Both the position numbers and the translations under genes were made by a program. From contig CAYNHB010000001.1 of assembly GCA_964397155.1 (NCBI GenBank), positions 2,093-66,092 on the forward strand: 64,000 bases of DNA, read 5' to 3'. Under the pieces are notes generated by a model. That model did no database searches. It was not told the DNA's origin and was given only the letters and a program-made list of their open reading frames with translations. Source of the stretch: an uncultured Candidatus Saccharibacteria bacterium. GTDB taxonomy: Bacteria; Patescibacteriota; Minisyncoccia; Minisyncoccales; Staskawiczbacteraceae. Positions 55,473 to 64,000 of the stretch are shown piece by piece (the stretch's first letter is position 1; every line of letters starts with the position of its first letter).

Positions 55473-56990
55473 ATGAAACTTTTAGAATTAATTTCAAAGT
55501 ATAAAAAAATCATAATATATAGTATTCTATTCTTTATAGCCGTATTCTTATTTGACAAAATTTTGGCAGTTGCCCTTATTTTTATTGGAATTTTAACGGC
55601 AACTACTTTTTTAATACTTAAAGAAACAGGTTTTAAAAATAAAACAATATATATACTTTTTTTAATTGCTCTTTTGGTTCATATTGGAATGGTTTTTTTC
55701 ATTTATTACGCCAATTTCCAGCCGTTTAGCGGAGGCGCTGGAGATTATTTAGAATATGATGTTATGGCTCAACAGATATCAGAAAGGATTAAACAAGGAA
55801 ATTTTTCTTTACAGGGGATTGAATATGGGCATTTTTATCCGGTGATAGTTGCATATATTTATACTCTAATATCACCCCAAGCATTTATCGGTCAGATGTT
55901 TAATGCTTGGCTGGTTGCCCTTTTGGTTATTTTTGTTTATTTGATAGTTCTGGAAATTGGTGGTTCGGAAAAACAAGCTTTCTTCGCGGGGTTAATGGTA
56001 AGCATTTATCCGAGTTTGCTTTTTTTCGGAAGTTTGCTGTTGAAAGATGCATTAGTTGTTTTATTGTGTTCAATCGCGTTGTTTTTGATTTTGAAAGTCC
56101 TCAAAGCCTTTTCTTGGCTTAAGTTTTTAATTTTATATATATTTTTAGGCAGTTTGATACACTTTCGTATTTATATCGGTTTTTCTGCCATTATTGCTTT
56201 TGTTGTTAGTTGGTTCCTATTTTCAAATTTAAAAATAAAGAAAAGAGTAATTCATGGGATTTTATTTATTTTTCTTCTTGGCTTTTTAACTGTTTTTTCT
56301 GGCGGGCAATCTGCTGGACAAGGATACTATGGAACAGATGTTTTAAAAGTCCTTCTTAATCCTAAAACAATTACTCAATACAGAGAGCTTTTTTCCATTT
56401 CCAATCCTAAAGTTTCTCCAGTTACTGGATATGCCGTAGAGGAAGAACATATATTTCTACAGGATACTGAAACTCCTGTAGATACTGAAACTCCTGTAGA
56501 TACTAATCCTGTAGATACTGAAACTAAGCCCTCTGGTTTTACCGATAATCCCATCACAAAAAGGGGGAGGGGGTCTAATGTAATGGTGAAGACCGGATTT
56601 GAAAATCCTTTTACATTTTTAAAAAATTCTTTGATTGCTTTTCTCTACGTTTTATTGGGTCCCCTTCCTTGGCAGATGAGATACTTAAGACACATTTTGT
56701 TTTTACCCGAATTAATTCTTTGGTATTCTGCGCTCTTTTTTGCCATAAAAGGAACAATAAAAAGAATAAGAGACCCCATAAGGTCATATAATTTTACCTT
56801 GCTTATTTTTAGCTTGGTAGTGTTTAGTGCGCTTTCTCTTTATATTTGTAATTTTGGCATAACAACTAGAATCAGAATGCCGGCTTTTATAGCTATTTTC
56901 TGTTTAGCGCCTTTTGGAATTAATTGGGCTTCAAATAATAAAATAATTAGGTTTTTTTCGAAAAGCCTAGACGCTCTGACAAATTTATAG
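55473..56990 (+). CDS. GT-C-fold (ArnT/PMT-like) polytopic membrane glycosyltransferase candidate with an internal Thr/Pro/Asp-rich tandem repeat
   Basis: Eleven or more TM helices. An acidic motif (GGAGDYLEYD) sits in the first extracytoplasmic loop, where GT-C enzymes carry their DE/DD motif. There is a central TETPVDTETPVDTNPVDTET repeat. Confidence 0.45.
   Translation: MKLLELISKYKKIIIYSILFFIAVFLFDKILAVALIFIGILTATTFLILKETGFKNKTIYILFLIALLVHIGMVFFIYYANFQPFSGGAGDYLEYDVMAQQISERIKQGNFSLQGIEYGHFYPVIVAYIYTLISPQAFIGQMFNAWLVALLVIFVYLIVLEIGGSEKQAFFAGLMVSIYPSLLFFGSLLLKDALVVLLCSIALFLILKVLKAFSWLKFLILYIFLGSLIHFRIYIGFSAIIAFVVSWFLFSNLKIKKRVIHGILFIFLLGFLTVFSGGQSAGQGYYGTDVLKVLLNPKTITQYRELFSISNPKVSPVTGYAVEEEHIFLQDTETPVDTETPVDTNPVDTETKPSGFTDNPITKRGRGSNVMVKTGFENPFTFLKNSLIAFLYVLLGPLPWQMRYLRHILFLPELILWYSALFFAIKGTIKRIRDPIRSYNFTLLIFSLVVFSALSLYICNFGITTRIRMPAFIAIFCLAPFGINWASNNKIIRFFSKSLDALTNL
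56463..56525 (+). repeat. 18-bp tandem repeat (gatactgaaactcctgta, about 3.5 copies) encoding the PVDTET peptide repeat
   Basis: Two perfect 18-bp units at 56463-56498, then a 15-bp variant (gatactaatcctgta) and a partial unit. Confidence 0.85.
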
Positions 56991-57068
56991 AAATCACTAG
57001 CGTAATTTATATAATTAATCACTCGGTCGAAATAAAAATAAATTTTTATTTCTCCCTCGTTCATAATT

Positions 57069-57995
57069 ATGAAATATTTAGTTACTGGTGGAGCCGGATT
57101 TATCGGTGGCCACTTGGTGGATAGGTTAATAGGGAAAAATCATAAAGTAATAGTTGTTGACAATCTTTCAACTGGCAGAAAAGAAAATTTAAATTCTAAG
57201 GCAGAATTTCATCAGCTGGATATTTGTGATTTCGAGAAAATTAAACCCATCTTTCGGGGCGTTGATTACGTTTTTCATTTAGCTGCCATACCAAGAGTTC
57301 CTCTTTCAATTGAAGATCCTGTTTTAACCTCAAAGGTAAATATTTTAGGAACAGTCAATGTTTTTAAATCAGCAGTCGACCAAGGTTGCAAAAGAGTTGT
57401 TTTTGCCTCCTCTTCCTCTATATATGGAGAACAAAATAAATTGCCCCTTGAAGAAAAAATGGAGCCAAATCCACTGAGCCCATATGGTTTGCAAAAATTG
57501 GTCGGAGAGCAGATGGCTAAAATGTTTCTCAGTCTTTATAATCTTCCCATAGTTTCGCTCAGGTATTTTAATGTTTATGGCCCTAGAATTGATTTTAATT
57601 CAGATTACAGCTTGGTTCTCGGCAAATTTCTGCGCTTGAAATCACAAGGGAAACCTATGACAATTTTCGGCGATGGCGAGCAAACAAGAGCATTTTGTTT
57701 TATTGAAGATGTTGTCGAAGCCAATATTAAAGCTATGGAAAGTAAAAAAGCAAAAGGCGGAGAAGTTATTAATGTCGGCCAAGAAAAGTCCTATTCTATT
57801 AATTATTTAAGCCAGCTAATTGGTGGAGAAGCCCAATATCTGCCTCCGAGGCCCGGCGATCCCCTTCACACCCAAGCTGATATTTCTTTAGCTAAAAATC
57901 TGCTTTTGTGGGAGCCAAAAGTTAATTTTAAAGAAGGAGTTGAAATTACAAAGCAATGGTTTCAAAAAAATTATAAACCAAAAAATGGAAAATAA
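57069..57995 (+). CDS. NAD-dependent sugar epimerase/dehydratase (UDP-glucose 4-epimerase / UDP-glucuronate decarboxylase-like)
   Basis: YLVTGGAGFIGGHL, YGLQKL (YxxxK) and YFNVYGP. Confidence 0.75.
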   Translation: MKYLVTGGAGFIGGHLVDRLIGKNHKVIVVDNLSTGRKENLNSKAEFHQLDICDFEKIKPIFRGVDYVFHLAAIPRVPLSIEDPVLTSKVNILGTVNVFKSAVDQGCKRVVFASSSSIYGEQNKLPLEEKMEPNPLSPYGLQKLVGEQMAKMFLSLYNLPIVSLRYFNVYGPRIDFNSDYSLVLGKFLRLKSQGKPMTIFGDGEQTRAFCFIEDVVEANIKAMESKKAKGGEVINVGQEKSYSINYLSQLIGGEAQYLPPRPGDPLHTQADISLAKNLLLWEPKVNFKEGVEITKQWFQKNYKPKNGK

Positions 57996-58725
57996 TAACC
58001 AGAAAATAGGTATATTGGGCTATGGTGAAATAGGCCAGGCAATAGCCAAATTTTATCAGAATCCTAAAATTAAAGACCTCAAAAGAGACGACGGTCTCGC
58101 GGGTGTAGATATTTTAAATATTTGTATCCCTTATTCGGATAATTTTATTGAAATTGTTGTAAAAGAAATAGAAGAAGCAAAACCAAAATTAACCATTATT
58201 CATTCTACAATCGCCCCCAAAACCACTAAAAACATATCTCAAAAATTTAATGGCATGGTGGTTCATAGCCCAGTTAGGGGAGTGCACCCAAATCTTTATG
58301 AAGGGATTAAGGTTTTTGTCAAATATATTGGGGCTGAAAACGAAAAGGCAGGCCAAATGGCCCAAGATCATCTTGTAGCTTTAGGAATTAATTCAAAGGT
58401 TTTCTGTCCCGCAGTTACTACTGAAATAGGTAAGATTCTAGATACTACCTATTATGGTGTTTGTATTGCATGGCATGGGGAGATGAAAAAAGTTTGCGAT
58501 AAATTTGGTATTGATTTTGAAAAATCAGTGGCCGATTTTAATAAAACTTACAACGAGGGTTATGCAAAACTTGGGATGGGGAATGTGGTGAGGCCGGTTC
58601 TTTATCCGGTAAAGGATTTTATCGGCGGACACTGTATCCTTCCCAATGCAGAGATTCTTAAAAAATATTTTGACAGTTTGGCCATTGATTTAATTTTGAA
58701 ATATCGAAGGAAAAATGAAAATTAA
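57985..58725 (+). CDS. NAD(P)-binding Rossmann oxidoreductase of uncertain specificity
   Basis: IGILGYGEIGQAIA dinucleotide-binding motif. Start taken at MENNNQK, overlapping the upstream gene. Confidence 0.35.
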   Translation: MENNNQKIGILGYGEIGQAIAKFYQNPKIKDLKRDDGLAGVDILNICIPYSDNFIEIVVKEIEEAKPKLTIIHSTIAPKTTKNISQKFNGMVVHSPVRGVHPNLYEGIKVFVKYIGAENEKAGQMAQDHLVALGINSKVFCPAVTTEIGKILDTTYYGVCIAWHGEMKKVCDKFGIDFEKSVADFNKTYNEGYAKLGMGNVVRPVLYPVKDFIGGHCILPNAEILKKYFDSLAIDLILKYRRKNEN

Positions 58726-60007
58726 AGAGCTGTCAAATCTTTTTTTTAAAAATTCAGGGATTAGACAAACTCTTTTTAAAAATGCTTTTTGGCTTGCCGT
58801 AGCAGAATTTTTTAGCAGAGGAATTTATCTTCTGGTTTTTATTTGGTTGGCTCGCTACTTAGGTCCAGAAACTTACGGTAAGTGGAGTTTTGCTTTGAAT
58901 TTCGTAAGTTTTTTCGCAGTATTTGTTGATTTTGGTTTTACTACATTAGTTATTAGAGAGCTTGCTAGAGACAAGGAGAAATCTTCTAAATACATCGGCA
59001 ATATTTTGACGATGAAATTGATTTTAAGTTTGATAGTAACGGCACTAACCGCATCAATAATTAGATTTTTAAGCAAAGATCCAGTGGTCATAAATTTAAT
59101 TTATTTTTTAAGTCTTTACATTATAATAAACAATTTTGGAGTACTTCTTCAGGCAATTTTCAGAGCTTATGAAAAAATGGAATATGAGGCTATTTGTAGA
59201 ATAGCCCAAAGTTTAAGCTTGCTAATTTTAGCAACCTTTTTTATTTTAAACAATAGTACAGTTTTGACTATTTCTGTTCTGTATTTAATTGCAAGTCTAA
59301 TAGGGGTTGCTTTTTCGCTGTTTTTTCTTAAAAGGTATTTTTTTAAGACGTCTCTTAAAGCAGATTTAGAGACGTGGAAAGAAATTATTAAAAAAGTTTG
59401 GCCATTTCTGTTTTCTGGTATTTTCTATATGATGTATTTTGTAATGGGTCCAGTAATGTTGGGAATATTTTCTAGTATGGAAGAGGTAGGATATTATAAC
59501 GCTGCCTATAACTTGTTTATTGCAGCTTTCATTATTCCAAGCATTATTACTGTGAGTTTTTTCCCTAAAATCTCATATTTTTATGAGAAAAATAAAGTAG
59601 GGCTTAAAAAGATATTTTCTAATTATAGGTTAGTCATGCTTGTTACTGGTTTATTGTTAAGCATTGGCTTGTTTTTCTTATCGGATTTATTCTTAATTAA
59701 AATTTATTCAGTTGATTATTTACCATCGGTTTTTCTTTTGAAAATATTATCTTTTATCATATTATTCAAATCTTTATCTTATGTTTATAATTGGTTTTTG
59801 TTCAGTTCAGATGAACCAAAAAAAGTTCTGGTGACTAGCGGATTTGCAGCCTTGCTGAATGTTATTCTTAATTATTTTCTTATTATTAAATATAACGCTA
59901 TGGGAGCAGCGATTGCTGTAGTTATTACGGAATTGTTTTTGTTGGCACTTTACTATATATATTTTAAAATAAAATGGCATAAAATTTATGGCACAGATAA
60001 GACATAA
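58715..60007 (+). CDS. Wzx-like polysaccharide flippase (MOP superfamily), second copy
   Basis: 430 aa with ~12 TM helices and a Polysacc_synt-like N-terminus (AFWLAVAEFFSRGIYLLVFIWLARYLGPETYGKWSFA). Confidence 0.65.
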   Translation: MKIKELSNLFFKNSGIRQTLFKNAFWLAVAEFFSRGIYLLVFIWLARYLGPETYGKWSFALNFVSFFAVFVDFGFTTLVIRELARDKEKSSKYIGNILTMKLILSLIVTALTASIIRFLSKDPVVINLIYFLSLYIIINNFGVLLQAIFRAYEKMEYEAICRIAQSLSLLILATFFILNNSTVLTISVLYLIASLIGVAFSLFFLKRYFFKTSLKADLETWKEIIKKVWPFLFSGIFYMMYFVMGPVMLGIFSSMEEVGYYNAAYNLFIAAFIIPSIITVSFFPKISYFYEKNKVGLKKIFSNYRLVMLVTGLLLSIGLFFLSDLFLIKIYSVDYLPSVFLLKILSFIILFKSLSYVYNWFLFSSDEPKKVLVTSGFAALLNVILNYFLIIKYNAMGAAIAVVITELFLLALYYIYFKIKWHKIYGTDKT

Positions 60008-62024
60008 CATCTTGGTTTCAGTCATTATTTCTACTTTTAATGGAGAAAAATATATAAAAAGAGCGATTGAAAGTGTACTAAGCCAGACATATGGGAACAT
60101 AGAATTAATTATAATAGACGATTGTTCAACAGATAATACATCAGAAATAATTTTTGGATATAGTAGAAAAGATTCGCGGATTGTAATTTTAAAAAACGAA
60201 ACCAATATTGGCTCTTACAAAAGTTTGAATAAGGCTATCAGAATATCTAGGGGAAAGTACATCGCTAATTTAGACGATGATGACATTTGGCGCGATTCTC
60301 AAAAAATAGAAAAACAAACAGAATTTCTGGAAAAACACAACGACTACGGCTTAGTTGGAGGAGGTATGATAAAGATAGATATAAAAAATAATGAGATTGG
60401 AAGATATTTATTTCCAGAACATGATAAAGATATTAGAAAATCAATACTTAAAAATAATTTATTTTCTCATAGCGCAGTTCTTTTTAGAAAAGATGCTTGG
60501 GAAGAAGTTGGGGGATACAATGAATTGTTCGGTTATTCAGCAGATATAGATTTATGGTTAAAAATTGGTAAGAAATATAAATTTTATAATTTCCAAGATT
60601 ATTTTATTTATTATTTAGACAAAGAAAACAGCGGTAGTTACTTTTCGCGAAAGAATAGTTATCGGAGAAAGGTATGGCTTAATATAAAGATGATAAAGCA
60701 ATATAAAAATGATTATCCTGGTTGCAAAAAGGCCGTTTTACTTTGCTGGGCCAGCTATTTCTATTCCTTTGTGCCTTATAGGCAAAAGATGCGTCCAATA
60801 TTGAATAAATTAAGAGCTCTAATTTTTGGCCAGCCGTCATATAAAATAGTTAGTAGAACAACCGGAAAAATTAAAGTTTGTTGTGTTGCCAGTGTTGATA
60901 TTACCTTGAAGTTTATGCTTTTGAATCAGCTGAAATTTTTGCAGAGCCATGGATACGATGTTTCAGCTGTTTGTTCTCCGGGCAAATGGGTAAAAGATAT
61001 TGAAAGCACAGGTATTAAAGTAAAAACTATAAGATTCAAAAGAAGATTATTTTCTCCTCGTTCCGACATTTCTGCTTTTTTTCAATTATTTTTTTATTTT
61101 AGAAAAGAAAAATTTCAGATTGTTCATACTCATACTCCAAAGCCGGAAATTTATGGTCAAATAGCTGCTAAATTAGCAGGAGTCCCTATTATTATTGATG
61201 GGTTGCATGGATTTGACCTTTCTCCGGACGTTCCATGGTTTTTTGCAAAATTGTTTATTTTGTTAGAAAGACTTGCAGCTAGGTGTTCGGATGTTATTTT
61301 TTCTGTAAGTAAGGATGTAATAAAAAGAGCGACTGAAGCAAGAATTTGCAAGCCAGATCTTTTAAAATATTTAGGCAGAGATATTGATACAAATAGATTT
61401 AATCCCGAAAGATTTTCTGAAGAGTTTATTTTGAATAAAAAAAAGGAACTTGGGATTGATCCCAACAAGAGAGTCATTGGGATTGTGGCAAGATTGGTTG
61501 AAGAAAAAGGATATATAGAAATTTTTAAAGCATTTAAAAATATCCTTGATAAATTTCCTAATACATTGCTTTTGTCAGTTGGTCCCAGGGAGCCCGAGAA
61601 AAAAGATAGGATAAACATTAAAACTGCTAAAAAATATAATATAGAAAAAAATGTTATATTTTTAGGAGAAAGAATAGACGTTGAGGAAATTTATCCTTTA
61701 ATGGATGTATTTATTTTGCCTACTCATAGGGAAGGGATTGGAGCATCAATTTTAGAGGCCTCATCAATGGAAAAACCAGTAATAGTTAGTAATATTGGAG
61801 GTTGTCCAGAAGCAGTTGAGGATAAAAAAACAGGTATTTTAACTCCAGTTAAAAGCACAAAAGAAATAACAGAAGCTATTATTTATTTATTTGATAATCC
61901 TCAAATAGCAAAAAAAATGGGAGAAGAAGGCCGGAAAAAAATTATCAGAGAATTTGACCAGCAATTAGTTTTTGATAGGCTTAAAACGGAGTATCAACGC
62001 CTTATTAAAGAAAAATTAAAATGA
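59988..62024 (+). CDS. Bifunctional glycosyltransferase: N-terminal GT2 (GT-A) plus C-terminal GT4 (GT-B)
   Basis: The N-terminus carries VSVIISTFNGEKYI...IIIDDCSTDNT. The C-terminus carries EGIGASILEASSMEKPVIVSNIGG with the EX7E-like pattern. Confidence 0.75.
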   Translation: MAQIRHNILVSVIISTFNGEKYIKRAIESVLSQTYGNIELIIIDDCSTDNTSEIIFGYSRKDSRIVILKNETNIGSYKSLNKAIRISRGKYIANLDDDDIWRDSQKIEKQTEFLEKHNDYGLVGGGMIKIDIKNNEIGRYLFPEHDKDIRKSILKNNLFSHSAVLFRKDAWEEVGGYNELFGYSADIDLWLKIGKKYKFYNFQDYFIYYLDKENSGSYFSRKNSYRRKVWLNIKMIKQYKNDYPGCKKAVLLCWASYFYSFVPYRQKMRPILNKLRALIFGQPSYKIVSRTTGKIKVCCVASVDITLKFMLLNQLKFLQSHGYDVSAVCSPGKWVKDIESTGIKVKTIRFKRRLFSPRSDISAFFQLFFYFRKEKFQIVHTHTPKPEIYGQIAAKLAGVPIIIDGLHGFDLSPDVPWFFAKLFILLERLAARCSDVIFSVSKDVIKRATEARICKPDLLKYLGRDIDTNRFNPERFSEEFILNKKKELGIDPNKRVIGIVARLVEEKGYIEIFKAFKNILDKFPNTLLLSVGPREPEKKDRINIKTAKKYNIEKNVIFLGERIDVEEIYPLMDVFILPTHREGIGASILEASSMEKPVIVSNIGGCPEAVEDKKTGILTPVKSTKEITEAIIYLFDNPQIAKKMGEEGRKKIIREFDQQLVFDRLKTEYQRLIKEKLK

Positions 62025-62656
62025 GATTTCAAGGATTAATTAAAAAAATTATTGATTTCACTATATCCTTAACCACATTAATTCTGCTAAGTCCGCTTTT
62101 TATCTTTATAGTTATTTTAATAAAATTAGATTCAAAAGGGTCAGTGTTTTTTAGACAAGAAAGATTGGGCAAGAATGGAAAGATGTTCAAAATTTGGAAA
62201 TTCAGAACAATGATAGAAAACGCAGAGAATATTGGATTGGGACTGGCTTCTGCGGAAAATGATCCTCGGGTGACGAAAGTCGGTAAGTTCTTAAGAGAAT
62301 CGACGTTTGATGAATGGCCACAATTGATTAATATAATAAAAGGAGAGATGAGCTTAGTCGGACCAAGACCATTGCCCAAGTATTCAAATCAAGACGAATT
62401 TTTAAACGAATTATGGCAGAAAAGATTATCAATAAAGCCTGGTTTGATTTGCTTAGTAGACATTAAGGGGAGGGGTTCCGTATCATGGGAAAAAAGACTA
62501 GAATACGATATCTGGTATATTGATAACCAGTCTTTATGGATAGACCTTAAAATATTGTTTTTTGGGTTTTTTGCTGTTCTTTCTCAAAAAGGAGTTTATG
62601 GCAAAGACGGGGTTAATCTTCCTCCGCCAACAAGCAAAAAAGATAAAGAAAAATAA
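62021..62656 (+). CDS. Initiating undecaprenyl-phosphate sugar phosphotransferase (PglC/WbaP C-terminal-domain type)
   Basis: Single N-terminal TM, then KIWKFRTM and DEWPQLINIIKGEMSLVGPRP, the Bac_transf family motifs. Confidence 0.85.
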   Translation: MRFQGLIKKIIDFTISLTTLILLSPLFIFIVILIKLDSKGSVFFRQERLGKNGKMFKIWKFRTMIENAENIGLGLASAENDPRVTKVGKFLRESTFDEWPQLINIIKGEMSLVGPRPLPKYSNQDEFLNELWQKRLSIKPGLICLVDIKGRGSVSWEKRLEYDIWYIDNQSLWIDLKILFFGFFAVLSQKGVYGKDGVNLPPPTSKKDKEK

Positions 62657-62668
62657 GATAAATAAAAA

Positions 62669-63385
62669 ATGATTATTTCCGCGCATCAATCAGAATGTCT
62701 TCCATATCTCGGTTTTTTTTACAAAATGGTTAAGGCTGATAAATTTATCTTAGTTGACCATGTTCAGTATTTCCATGGAAGTTTTCAGAATAGAAATAAG
62801 ATTAGAACTAATTCTACTTCTGAGGGTTGGCTTTGGCTTACAGTGCCAGTTATTACTAAAGGCAAGTTAGGTCAAAAGATAAACGAGGTAAAAATAGATA
62901 ATTCTACTCCTTGGGCAAGACAGCACTGGAAAACTATCTATTTTAATTATAGAAAGACCCCATTTTTTGATACTTACAGTAATTTTTTCAAAGAAATGTA
63001 TTCTAAAAAATGGGAGAAACTGGCTGATTTTAATGAAAGCATTATCTATTATTTAAAAGAAAAATTAGAGATTAAAACACCTATTATTAAAAGTTCTGAC
63101 TATGATTTTAAAGGACATAAAACTGATTTGATAGTTGAATTATGCCAAAAATTCGGGGCAGATACCTATTTGTCGGGCCCTGGTTTGACGGCTGAAGGAA
63201 GGGAGCATTATATAGACGAAGAAAAGCTGAAAAAAAATAATATAAAGCTTATTTATTCAAAATTTAAGCACCCGGTTTATCCTCAAAGGTTCAAGCCGTT
63301 TTTAGAAAAAATGTCTGCAATTGATTTATTGTTTAACTGCGGTCCGGAAAGTTTGGAAATTATTAATTCTAGCGATAAAAAATAA
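62669..63385 (+). CDS. WbqC-family protein (second copy)
   Basis: MIISAHQSECLPYLGFFYKM N-terminus. Collinear similarity to 32306..33007. Confidence 0.6.
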   Translation: MIISAHQSECLPYLGFFYKMVKADKFILVDHVQYFHGSFQNRNKIRTNSTSEGWLWLTVPVITKGKLGQKINEVKIDNSTPWARQHWKTIYFNYRKTPFFDTYSNFFKEMYSKKWEKLADFNESIIYYLKEKLEIKTPIIKSSDYDFKGHKTDLIVELCQKFGADTYLSGPGLTAEGREHYIDEEKLKKNNIKLIYSKFKHPVYPQRFKPFLEKMSAIDLLFNCGPESLEIINSSDKK

Positions 63386-63401
63386 TCCAAATTTTTAATT
63401 T

Positions 63402-63725
63402 ATGGATATAATATATTTTTTAATTATTATTTTTCTTATTGGCTTTGCCTTATTTTTATTTTTAAAAAATAGGGAGCTAGAAAATAAAAATAAGAATAAT
63501 AAGTTTTTAGATTATCGGCTTCAAAGAGAGGAGAAAAAACAACAAAACAAAAGACAAATTATAGAAATACTTGAAAAGAAGGGAAGAATAACAAACCAAG
63601 AAGTTGAAAAAGCGCTTAAGGTTTCCGACGCTACTGCCACCCGCTATTTAGACGAGCTGGAAAAAGAAGGTCGGGTCATCCAAAAAGGTGAGGCAAAAGG
63701 GACCTATTATGTGAAAAAACAATAG
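63402..63725 (+). CDS. Small membrane-anchored wHTH protein (paralog of 746..1063)
   Basis: N-terminal TM helix, a K/E/Q-rich linker, and a C-terminal ATATRYLDELEKEGRVIQKGEAKGTYYV that aligns with SSATRYLDDLEAEGKIKQIGKIGQSVFY of the first-copy ORF. Confidence 0.6.
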   Translation: MDIIYFLIIIFLIGFALFLFLKNRELENKNKNNKFLDYRLQREEKKQQNKRQIIEILEKKGRITNQEVEKALKVSDATATRYLDELEKEGRVIQKGEAKGTYYVKKQ

Positions 63726-63736
63726 AAGAGTAAGAA

Positions 63737-63771
63737 AAAGTACGGCTCATACGGTGTGAGCCGTATTTTTG
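63737..63771 (+). terminator. Rho-independent terminator
   Basis: acggctca-tacggtg-tgagccgt followed by attttt. Confidence 0.75.
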
Positions 63772-63811
63772 GCCCATTGATTTAAGGAAAAAATCTGATA
63801 GTATAAAAATA

Positions 63812-64000
63812 ATGAAAATATTAGTGATAGCTCCGCATCCGGATGACGAAGTATTGGGCTGTGGGGGAACAATAAAAAAATATACGCAAAAAGGAGACGA
63901 GGTTTTTTTGTGTATCGTAACAAAGGCCTATACTCCTGATTGGTCAGAGGATTTTATTAAAGAAAGAAAAAAGGAAATAGATTGTGCCTCAGAATCTTTA
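63812..64000 (+). CDS. PIG-L/LmbE-family N-acetylglucosaminyl deacetylase, N-terminal part (runs off the 3' edge)
   Basis: MKILVIAPHPDDEVLGCGGTIKKY is the signature N-terminus of the LmbE-like zinc deacetylases. The frame is open to the window end. Confidence 0.65.
   Translation, partial: MKILVIAPHPDDEVLGCGGTIKKYTQKGDEVFLCIVTKAYTPDWSEDFIKERKKEIDCASESL

Noticed and set aside
1-64000. Search for rRNA, tRNA, CRISPR arrays, transposases and toxin-antitoxin pairs
   Set aside because: I saw no cloverleaf-compatible conserved tRNA elements, rRNA-like conserved blocks, regularly spaced direct repeats or DDE/tyrosine-recombinase motifs while reading both strands. Absence is based on manual inspection only.

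Overview
Bacterial chromosome segment with very low GC content (about 33%), densely packed with genes mostly on the + strand, many with overlapping or abutting stops and starts. Almost the whole window is one or more cell-surface glycan biosynthesis loci, flanked by housekeeping salvage genes. Recognisable modules from left to right: (1) a DUF3800 fragment, a small membrane-anchored winged-helix protein, and an mtnP-apt adenine salvage pair. (2) An O-antigen-ligase/TPR membrane protein, a cytidylyltransferase-like enzyme and three consecutive B12-binding (class B) radical SAM enzymes, two of which are a recent tandem duplicate. (3) A cobalamin-riboswitch-controlled four-gene module encoding a secreted transcobalamin-like protein (alpha/alpha-toroid plus DUF4430), a surface Ig-fold protein, a second DUF4430 protein and a small permease-like membrane protein. 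I read this as a surface B12-capture system placed among B12-dependent enzymes. (4) A glycerol-phosphate decoration module: a GlpT/UhpC-like transporter interrupted by an in-frame TAG, TagD, and a TagF-like transferase. (5) A pseudaminic/legionaminic-like nonulosonic acid pathway (PseB-like dehydratase, sugar aminotransferases, NeuB-like synthase, CMP-transferases). It contains an AcpS / FkbH-like / ACP / AAC(3)-like cassette that predicts an unusual ACP-dependent N-acylation. It also has two more class B radical SAM enzymes, several methyltransferases, an ATP-grasp enzyme and a Gfo/Idh/MocA oxidoreductase. (6) A CDP-glucose branch (RfbF). (7) Assembly genes: GT2, GT4, GT9, a GT2-GT4 fusion, a GT-C-like membrane protein with a PVDTET tandem repeat, two Wzx-like flippases, a KpsS/KpsC-like protein and a PglC-like initiating transferase. 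(8) An ADP-L-glycero-D-manno-heptose pathway with an unusual HldE-domain-II::GmhB fusion, a separate HldE kinase and HldD. Two short minus-strand segments of about 50% GC, each encoding a Nudix-like hydrolase, interrupt the + strand operons and look compositionally foreign. I found no rRNA, tRNA, CRISPR array or clear transposase/integrase. All functional calls come from motif and family recognition on the translated ORFs; I ran no database searches.
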